From positions 1-59,661 of the IMG/VR virus record IMGVR_UViG_3300030085_003139: DNA of 59,661 nucleotides. The stretch is one strand, 5' to 3'. Shown here one piece after another: positions 8,267 through 15,166 of this stretch. Within the stretch, counting starts at the first letter, position 1, and every line of letters begins with the position of its first letter. The translations under genes and the position numbers were made by a program. This DNA is from a virus (Duplodnaviria; Caudoviricetes). A model generated the notes under the pieces. It was given only the letters and a program-made list of their open reading frames with translations. It did not search any database and was not told where the DNA came from.

Positions 8267-8684
8267 AAAATTAGGATTATTTCACACTCCCGAAGATTGG
8301 GCAGAATTGCAGGATAAAATTGAAGCGCACGGCAGCGGGGAACGAACGGTTGCGACGCTATTTGCTGCGATGGGCTGGAATTTAGCAATTCATTTATTTG
8401 ATAAAGCGGGTAGCGAGCACACCCGCCCCAGCGGTTTAATTCCTGAAAAGCTTAATTCATACCCCGTTTTAGCTAAAGCGCCCTATCACGGCAGGATAGG
8501 CGGGGATTATGCTGTTTTAGTGCGTCGCGATGATAACAGTTTGCACCCCTACGTCGTTGCTCATTGGAACAAAGACGCGAAAACGAATTGGAATTGGGGC
8601 AACTATTTTGAAACTTATGAGCAGGCTTTAGAGTGCTTTATTCAAAAGAGCTCAAAACAAACAACCGAAGCAAAAACGGGTTAA
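8259..8684 (+). CDS. Hypothetical early protein
   Basis: Overlaps the upstream stop; WNWGNYF motif. Confidence 0.7.
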   Translation: MFEKLGLFHTPEDWAELQDKIEAHGSGERTVATLFAAMGWNLAIHLFDKAGSEHTRPSGLIPEKLNSYPVLAKAPYHGRIGGDYAVLVRRDDNSLHPYVVAHWNKDAKTNWNWGNYFETYEQALECFIQKSSKQTTEAKTG

Positions 8685-8763
8685 ACTTTACATTTACGGG
8701 AAATTACTATTTAAATGAGGGGCGGGGGCAATCCTGCCCCTTTTTTAGTATGAGGTAAAAATG
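8683..8763 (+). promoter_or_regulatory. Repeated promoter-hairpin-RBS element, copy 2
   Basis: Colinear and highly similar to 7825-7903. Confidence 0.8.
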
Positions 8764-8871
8764 ACAAATTACGATAAAGACGCAGTTGATAAAGCAATAG
8801 CAACATCAACTAAACCCATTAGCAAAAAAGAGGCTAAGCTTATTCATGCCTTATTAAAGGGGAATAAATAA
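8761..8871 (+). CDS. 36-aa basic microprotein (not in ORF track)
   Basis: MTNYDKDAVDKAIATSTKPISKKEAKLIHALLKGNK directly after the element's RBS. Confidence 0.65.
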   Translation: MTNYDKDAVDKAIATSTKPISKKEAKLIHALLKGNK

Positions 8872-8873
8872 AA

Positions 8874-9137
8874 ATGGCTTACATTTGTTTTAAAAGAGAT
8901 TGGTGGAGGGATAACCCCAAATATCCAAACGGCTTGGAACCCTACGCAGGGGCAAAAAGTTACTTCAAAAATAAAGTTTTCGACACTGAGCAAGAAGCGC
9001 GCGAATTCTGCCAAGAGTACAACGAAAACAACGACGCTGGACGCTATTCTAGAAAAATGGAATTTGAGGAGCTGGATTTGCGGGTAGTTACTCCGCGCGC
9101 CCATGCTGCCCCAAAATACCAGCGTTATAATTTTTGA
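8874..9137 (+). CDS. Hypothetical early protein
   Basis: 87-aa ORF, tightly packed. Confidence 0.65.
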   Translation: MAYICFKRDWWRDNPKYPNGLEPYAGAKSYFKNKVFDTEQEAREFCQEYNENNDAGRYSRKMEFEELDLRVVTPRAHAAPKYQRYNF

Positions 9138-9634
9138 GGGGTTTTGATATGTTAGATAATGAGGGATTTTCAAAAACAGAATTGCAAGACGCGTTCGTTC
9201 GCGTTTTCGATGATTGCAACGGCAATTTGACACATCAAGATTTAGATCGGTTACGCCGTTTTGAATTGATTGAAGTTGAACATATGAACACCATTTCTGG
9301 ACGTAATGAACTTTGGCCAAATGAAAACGATGATAGCAAATTTATATTTTGCACAATGTCCGCCAAATTTAACGCGCGCCAATCGAATAATCATATTCAG
9401 GATCATTTGAGATTATTTGAACGTCGCTTGGCTAATACTTGGCTCTATTTCTTTGGAACTGGCCGTTGCCATTGTCAGCACGATTGTTGCGGCTGCGCTT
9501 TTGATCAGTGGACTACATGCCGAATTGATCCTCATTCAATAGGGGTTTTTAGCCTTCCAGATAGCTCTTATAATAAAAACCACCAATACCAGCTAGTTTT
9601 TAATATTGAGCATTGCATCGGCTATAATTACTAA
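9134..9634 (+). CDS. Cys-rich hypothetical protein
   Basis: CHCQHDCCGC cluster; start may be the downstream ATG. Confidence 0.65.
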   Translation: MRGFDMLDNEGFSKTELQDAFVRVFDDCNGNLTHQDLDRLRRFELIEVEHMNTISGRNELWPNENDDSKFIFCTMSAKFNARQSNNHIQDHLRLFERRLANTWLYFFGTGRCHCQHDCCGCAFDQWTTCRIDPHSIGVFSLPDSSYNKNHQYQLVFNIEHCIGYNY

Positions 9635-9715
9635 AACTTGCTATTTACTGAAAATTACTATTTAAATGAGGGGCGGGGGCATTCCCGCCCCGTTTTTGTA
9701 TGAGGTATTAATATG
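9634..9715 (+). promoter_or_regulatory. Repeated promoter-hairpin-RBS element, copy 3
   Basis: Colinear with copies 1 and 2. Confidence 0.8.
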
Positions 9716-9952
9716 AACAAAGAACGAAGAAAAATAATCAAAGACGTGATTGCCAAATTGGATGACGCCTATTCAAAGTTAGAGGAAGTTTACGAAAGCG
9801 AATATGAGGCAATCGAAAACATGCCAGAAAACTTGCGCTATTCATCCAAAGGCGAAGAACGCGAAGAAACAGCCGACTATATAGAAGAACATATGAGCAC
9901 GGTTGATAGCTTGCGCTGCGATCTCGAAGAAATAGCGGAGGGTACGCGATGA
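9713..9952 (+). CDS. Hypothetical acidic coiled-coil protein
   Basis: MNKERRK...ENMPENLRYSSKGE. Confidence 0.75.
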   Translation: MNKERRKIIKDVIAKLDDAYSKLEEVYESEYEAIENMPENLRYSSKGEEREETADYIEEHMSTVDSLRCDLEEIAEGTR

Positions 9953-10236
9953 AAAATATAACCAAACATGTAGGGCGCCTTAAACTTGTAAGGCGTCTTA
10001 AAAATAGTCACGTCGGCAATCCCCAGTTTGAGCTGGCGATTATTGAACATGAAAAGCAAAATTTAGGCTGGACGTTTAGAACGCCTAAAAATTCAATGCT
10101 TGGCTATTCTATCCAGAATTATCTGGATAAAATTGTTATCGTTTCAATTGGGACGCATTACGGCTGCGCGACATTAAACAGTGTCGAATTGTCCCCATGC
10201 CAAGCGCCGTTTATTTATCAAGAGGGGGGCGCGTAA
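9949..10236 (+). CDS. Hypothetical protein
   Basis: ATGA overlap, GGAGG RBS. Confidence 0.7.
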   Translation: MKNITKHVGRLKLVRRLKNSHVGNPQFELAIIEHEKQNLGWTFRTPKNSMLGYSIQNYLDKIVIVSIGTHYGCATLNSVELSPCQAPFIYQEGGA

Positions 10237-10433
10237 TGGGCACCAAATATGCAAATTGTTATGATGAAACGGGGGCGGACATTTCAATTGCTGTCCCCAG
10301 CGATATGACGCTGGATCAATTCAAAGACAGCTATCCAGAATATCAGTTTAGGTTTTGGCAGGAATACAGCGATCGCGAGCTGGCCGAATTCCGTTTGTCC
10401 CAAATAGATGATTACGATCTGGATTTATATTAG
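10236..10433 (+). CDS. Hypothetical acidic protein
   Basis: TAATG coupling within track ORF 10197..10433. Confidence 0.6.
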   Translation: MGTKYANCYDETGADISIAVPSDMTLDQFKDSYPEYQFRFWQEYSDRELAEFRLSQIDDYDLDLY

Positions 10434-10479
10434 CGTCGCCAGTTCGCGCATCCAGCGCGCTTACAAGCTTTTAAAACCC

Positions 10480-10510
10480 ATCCCCGCTACCAATGGCGGG
10501 GATTTTTTTT
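10480..10510 (+). terminator. Intrinsic terminator closing the early island
   Basis: ATCCCCGC...GCGGGGAT followed by a T run. Confidence 0.8.
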
Positions 10511-10535
10511 ATCCCTGTTAAAAATCGGTAAAACA

Positions 10536-10800
10536 GCGCCCCGCGCGCCGTCCCCAGTTAGCCTAAAACTTATGAGCTGGCAGCGAAAACCGCGACGGCT
10601 GCCGCGCGATGTTTGGTTGCTGGTTGGTGGTTGTTTGCCCCAGATCCGCGCGCCGCGTGCCGTGATTGCTGGGGATTGGCGCCAGATCCAGCGCCCCAGA
10701 TCCGCTACCAGTTAGCCGTCAATTTGCGGAAAATGTGCCCAGATCCGCGACTAGCTGGCCGCGCGCCGCGTGCCGCGTTTAGGATCCCCACATCCAATAG
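10536..10800. repeat. GC-rich non-coding repeat tract
   Basis: CCAGATCC four times plus CCACATCC; CGCGCGCCGCGTGCCG twice. Confidence 0.65.
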
Positions 10801-10942
10801 AGGCTAAAAAACGCAGCAAAAACAACGATTTAGAGCCCAAAAAAATTTTACCCCCTCCCCCCCACACGCGCGCATAAAGTGCATGTTCGTCACAAACAAT
10901 ATAAAAATAAAATTATACGAATAATTTCAGTCGGTTATGGAA

Positions 10943-10958
10943 TGTTTCACGTGAAACA
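10943..10958. other. parS: parS site 3
   Basis: Exact palindrome TGTTTCACGTGAAACA upstream of terL. Confidence 0.85.
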
Positions 10959-11084
10959 TCGTAAACAGTAAAAAGGTTTGCATGTTTCGGTTTTGCTGGT
11001 AAAAGTTTGGGTATAAAAATTTTTAAAAATTCAAAACATATCATCTTATAATATCTTATATGGTGAGACGTTTCAGGAGCCTCG

Positions 11085-12545
11085 ATGCCGACTATAAATG
11101 CCGAGAATGCCAGCGAAAGATTATTGAAGCTTCAATATCGGTTGGCGCAGATCGAAAAGAAGGAGCGGTCATACGAAGATTTTCTAACTTTTGTGAAACT
11201 TATGTGGCCAGAATTTATTGCAGGAAACCATCATAAGATAATCGCAGATAAGTTGCAGAGGATCGCATCGGGCGATTTAAAAAGATTAATCGTCAATATG
11301 CCTCCGCGACACACGAAATCAGAGTTTGCATCCTTCTTGTTCCCCGCGTGGATGATGGGGCGCAATCCCAACATGAAGATAATTCAGGCAACACACACAA
11401 CCGAGCTCGCCGTGGGCTTCGGTAGAAAAGTGAAGAACCTTCTGGACAGAGACGACTACAAGGAACTTTTTGACACGCGATTAGCTGCGGACTCAAAAGC
11501 TTCTGGACGTTTCGACACGGATCGCGGCGGCATGTACTATGCTGTTGGTGTGGGCTCGAACTTAGCGGGACGTGGTGGTGATCTTGTGATAATCGACGAC
11601 CCGCACTCGGAACAAACCTTAATGTCGAACAATGGTTTTGACGACGCGTGGGACTGGTACACTGGCGGACCTCGACAGCGTTTGCAGCCCGGCGGCGCCA
11701 TTGTTGTGGTTATGACGCGCTGGCATGAGAAGGATCTGACGGGGCAGCTTATTCGATCGCAGGCTAGGGACGACAAAGCGGATCAATGGGAGGTTGTCGA
11801 GCTCCCTGCCATAATGCCAAGCGGCAAATCTTGTTGGCCAGAGTATTGGTCTTTAGATGATCTTGAGCGTGTGAAGGCTTCTATTCCGCCCAGCAAATGG
11901 AACGCGCAGTACCAACAGGATCCCACGGGCGACGATAACAGTATCTTGCGCCGTGAGTGGTGGAACGTGTGGGAAGAGGATGATGTTCCTGAGCTTGAGT
12001 ATGTGATACAGAGTTATGACACGGCGTTTTCGAAGAAGGAGACTGCGGACTATTCTGCTATTACGACGTGGGGTGTGTTTTATCCAAAGCGTGACGGGGC
12101 GCCATCTTTGATACTTTTGGATGCGAAGAAGGGTCGGTGGGATTTTCCTGAGCTCAAGCGTGAGGCGTGGGATCAGTTTAACTTCTGGGATCCAGAGACC
12201 GTGATCATTGAAGCGAAGGCGACGGGCATGCCGTTGACGCACGAGCTGCGGAACATGGGTATACCTGTTGTGAATTTTACGCCGAGTCGGGGGAATGACA
12301 AGGTAAGTCGGGCTCATAGTATAGCGCCGTTGTTTGAGGCGGGGATGGTTTGGGCGCCAGATGAGCAGTGGGCACATGAGTTAATTGAGGAGTGTGCGGC
12401 GTTTCCGAACGGTGAGTATGACGATTATGTTGATAGCATGACGCAGGCGTTGATGCGTTATCGGCAGGGTAATTTTGTACAACTGCCCACGGACGATTGG
12501 GAAGAGAGTAGTGATTACGTGGAACCGAGGACGTATTATGGGTAA
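11085..12545 (+). CDS. terL: Terminase large subunit
   Basis: NMPPRHTKS Walker A, VIIDDP Walker B, MTRWH, nuclease SYDTA and YDDYVDS. Confidence 0.95.
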   Translation: MPTINAENASERLLKLQYRLAQIEKKERSYEDFLTFVKLMWPEFIAGNHHKIIADKLQRIASGDLKRLIVNMPPRHTKSEFASFLFPAWMMGRNPNMKIIQATHTTELAVGFGRKVKNLLDRDDYKELFDTRLAADSKASGRFDTDRGGMYYAVGVGSNLAGRGGDLVIIDDPHSEQTLMSNNGFDDAWDWYTGGPRQRLQPGGAIVVVMTRWHEKDLTGQLIRSQARDDKADQWEVVELPAIMPSGKSCWPEYWSLDDLERVKASIPPSKWNAQYQQDPTGDDNSILRREWWNVWEEDDVPELEYVIQSYDTAFSKKETADYSAITTWGVFYPKRDGAPSLILLDAKKGRWDFPELKREAWDQFNFWDPETVIIEAKATGMPLTHELRNMGIPVVNFTPSRGNDKVSRAHSIAPLFEAGMVWAPDEQWAHELIEECAAFPNGEYDDYVDSMTQALMRYRQGNFVQLPTDDWEESSDYVEPRTYYG

Positions 12546-12936
12546 GACGTTTATGGATTGTTTACATTTTTGGACGACGGTAGCGCCGTATTGTATGTAT
12601 CCATCTCAGACGATTGGTTGGCGGTTAGTTCCTGCTTTTGTGTATAATCGGTATTGGACTTGGTATGCGGAGGATGGTGGGTTACGCGGATTTGCGACGT
12701 GGGGATGGATGACGGATCGTGAGTTTGAAACGCGGGAGTATGACGGGTGGGAAGTTTTTTCTCGTGAAAAGGGAGAAAAGCTGGTAATAATAGATATGAT
12801 TGCACCCAAGGGGCGTTTTGATGTAGTATCTATATCAAAGGATGTTCGGAAGTTCTGCAAGCGGGACTTTCCTGAAGTAAAAACAGTGTGGGCTCACCGT
12901 GGCGACAGGGACGGTTGGTTCCCCAACAAAGGTTAG
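12538..12936 (+). CDS. HlyC/RTX-toxin-activating lysine-acyltransferase-like protein
   Basis: PAFVYNRY...GFATWGWM...GEKLVIIDMIAPKG parallels HlyC P.I..NQY...AYCSWA...GDR.WFIDWIAPFG. Confidence 0.65.
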   Translation: MGKTFMDCLHFWTTVAPYCMYPSQTIGWRLVPAFVYNRYWTWYAEDGGLRGFATWGWMTDREFETREYDGWEVFSREKGEKLVIIDMIAPKGRFDVVSISKDVRKFCKRDFPEVKTVWAHRGDRDGWFPNKG

Positions 12937-12940
12937 AAGT

Positions 12941-14209
12941 ATGAAACGCGGTCTTTTTGATTTCTTTTTTGTTCCACAGATAGTTTTTGGAGGCGGCGGT
13001 GATAGCGGCGGTGGATCGTCGGGTGGCTCAAGTTCCTCGTCTTCGTCTTCGTCTTCTTCAAGCAGCAGTTCTTCTTCTAAGAAGCAGGATACTGTTCCAA
13101 CTTTTAAGAACCTGACGGCAGCGGCGAAGGCTGGCTATCATGGCGCGGCGGTTAAGCTTGAAGGTAAGAAGGGGACTTATAAAGTTAAGTTTGCGGGAGA
13201 TTACGACGATCGCATGAAGAAAGCTTCAGACAGGAAGCAAAAAGCTACTGTTGCTAAGTTAAATACAAATAAAAACACGTCTGGTCAGTATACGACGCGT
13301 GATTTTAATCAAAACCCAAACACCTCCACTTCTTCCTCCGCCTCATCCTCTGCTAGTAGTTCTTCAAACGCCGACACTTCTGCCAGCACCAAGGTTAATA
13401 AGTCTGTCAAAGTAATTCCGCCGTTAGATGGTGGTAAAAACAAGCCAAATGCTTTGGGATACGGATACTACAATCGTTTGGGCGTATGGATTCCGCCCGA
13501 TATTGATATGCAGGACGGCGGCGGACCGGGCATATCGGGTGCTGTTTTTGGGTCAAAAGGTGGTGTTGAAGCGGATACTGATGGGGACATGTATGTTTCT
13601 GAGGCAGAAGCCAAAGCAGCGGCGGACAAAGGTATTTTTAAGTACGGCATTGGCCGTGTATCAAATGCCGTGGGCGCCACACCCTTTGGTTCTGGCCGAG
13701 CTCCTACGGGCATTGCGGGTACAGTAGCTGGCGGCGGCATTATAGGATCTGCTTTGGGTATGAAGTATACGCCAAGGGAACAGATGTTCGGTGAAGGCGG
13801 AACTACTATGACGCAAGAGCAGGTCGATGCGTATATGGCCGATGTAGAGAAAAGGCGTAAGCAGGCGGTTGCGGATCAACAACAGCTCATTCTTCACGGC
13901 TCACCGGCCGATGGTGGCAGCGGGGGCTCCAGTCCCGGTTTGCTTGCTCAAGTTGCAGATACTGTGGCCGCTGAAGATACGGCGGCTCCTGTAGATCCGA
14001 TAACCATTGGTCAACCTGTGGCTTACGATCCGATATCGTATAACCCTGTGCAGGGCGGAGGTCAGAATCCTCAGATTTTACCGTACCCTTATCCATATGA
14101 TCCGGGCTTCGGCACGTTGCCCGTGGGCAATTATCAACAACCTAATTTATTTGCGCAATTACCGCCGCCCGTGACTCAAGGGATCGGAAGCTTGAGAGGA
14201 ATAATATAA
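12941..14209 (+). CDS. Low-complexity Ser/Gly-rich protein, probable virion component
   Basis: Lies between terL and portal; poly-Ser tracts; ends GIGSLRGII. Confidence 0.65.
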   Translation: MKRGLFDFFFVPQIVFGGGGDSGGGSSGGSSSSSSSSSSSSSSSSSKKQDTVPTFKNLTAAAKAGYHGAAVKLEGKKGTYKVKFAGDYDDRMKKASDRKQKATVAKLNTNKNTSGQYTTRDFNQNPNTSTSSSASSSASSSSNADTSASTKVNKSVKVIPPLDGGKNKPNALGYGYYNRLGVWIPPDIDMQDGGGPGISGAVFGSKGGVEADTDGDMYVSEAEAKAAADKGIFKYGIGRVSNAVGATPFGSGRAPTGIAGTVAGGGIIGSALGMKYTPREQMFGEGGTTMTQEQVDAYMADVEKRRKQAVADQQQLILHGSPADGGSGGSSPGLLAQVADTVAAEDTAAPVDPITIGQPVAYDPISYNPVQGGGQNPQILPYPYPYDPGFGTLPVGNYQQPNLFAQLPPPVTQGIGSLRGII

Positions 14210-15117
14210 TGATGAAGCCTATGGAAGATTTATTTCGTCTAAGCATGCGGGAAGATTTGTTAGAGGAGTTTAGGCGGGGTGAGCGGAAGGGTTTGTCGCA
14301 AGAAGATATTGATAGAAACATACGGTATTTAAAGCGTCAGCTTGAAGAGAAGTATGGAATTCCTTTTAGCAAAGCCAAGGGTGGTGAGATTTTTACAACG
14401 GGTGTTGGGGCTATAGACCCTAAAGACTTTGATTATCGTTTTACGGAAAAGGAGCCACCGTCAGGGATTGGTTCTTTTTTACGAGATTTAGGACAATCAA
14501 CAAAAGATCTTTTTGATTTAACGGGAGAGCCTCCTTCTAAACCCGATCCCAGAGATTTTGATTTAGAAGACCAACGCCGTACCCGCGAAGAAATTGACGC
14601 AGAGGATCAAGAGTTTCAGGAACGCATTAAAGGTCGTCTTGCAGAGGAGCGAGAGAAAGAGTTTATACGTGAGCTGGAAGGTAGAGATTTTACTCAGGAG
14701 ATGCAGGACGAGCAAGACTTACGCGATAAAGAAAAACAGATGCTTGAAGATTCGGAACGCAAATTTCTTGAAGGTTTAACGGAACCTTTAGAAGCGCGTC
14801 CTGAAGAACCTATGTTCGAGTTAAACTCAATGACGTTTGACGGTCAAGAAGTGCCTGTCATTAAATTCAAAGATGGGGAAATTCTTTCTTTCCCTGAGAT
14901 AGAGGGATTGTTTAGAGCTTATAAAACGGCGCCAGAAACGAACTTAGGGCCTGAAACCACACGTCAAATTATGGAGTTCCTGCAACAGACTAATCCAACA
15001 AAGGAACAATTTATAAGACACTTTTTTCTATCCCGACGCCTCGCGGACGGCGGTGAGGTAGAGACGATGGGTGGTATAGGCACCTTGAATGAAACAGCGA
15101 AGAATATGTTTCGCTAG
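14209..15117 (+). CDS. Acidic hypothetical protein with xxGG motifs
   Basis: AKGGEI, LADGGEV; TAATG coupling. Confidence 0.7.
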   Translation: MMKPMEDLFRLSMREDLLEEFRRGERKGLSQEDIDRNIRYLKRQLEEKYGIPFSKAKGGEIFTTGVGAIDPKDFDYRFTEKEPPSGIGSFLRDLGQSTKDLFDLTGEPPSKPDPRDFDLEDQRRTREEIDAEDQEFQERIKGRLAEEREKEFIRELEGRDFTQEMQDEQDLRDKEKQMLEDSERKFLEGLTEPLEARPEEPMFELNSMTFDGQEVPVIKFKDGEILSFPEIEGLFRAYKTAPETNLGPETTRQIMEFLQQTNPTKEQFIRHFFLSRRLADGGEVETMGGIGTLNETAKNMFR

Positions 15118-15166
15118 TCAAAATATAGTTGACGTGCTAGTTTTGCGTTAACATTGGAGATACAGT

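Noticed and set aside
7825-9715. CRISPR array or integron attC array
   Set aside because: The repeats are about 80 bp, 850-950 bp apart and carry promoter/RBS features; no cas or integron integrase gene and no attC core sites recognised
10613-10807. 64-aa ORF in the GC-rich tract
   Set aside because: TTG start, no RBS, and composition dictated by DNA repeats
13030-13080. TCT/TCG microsatellite
   Set aside because: Simply encodes a poly-Ser linker with mixed codons
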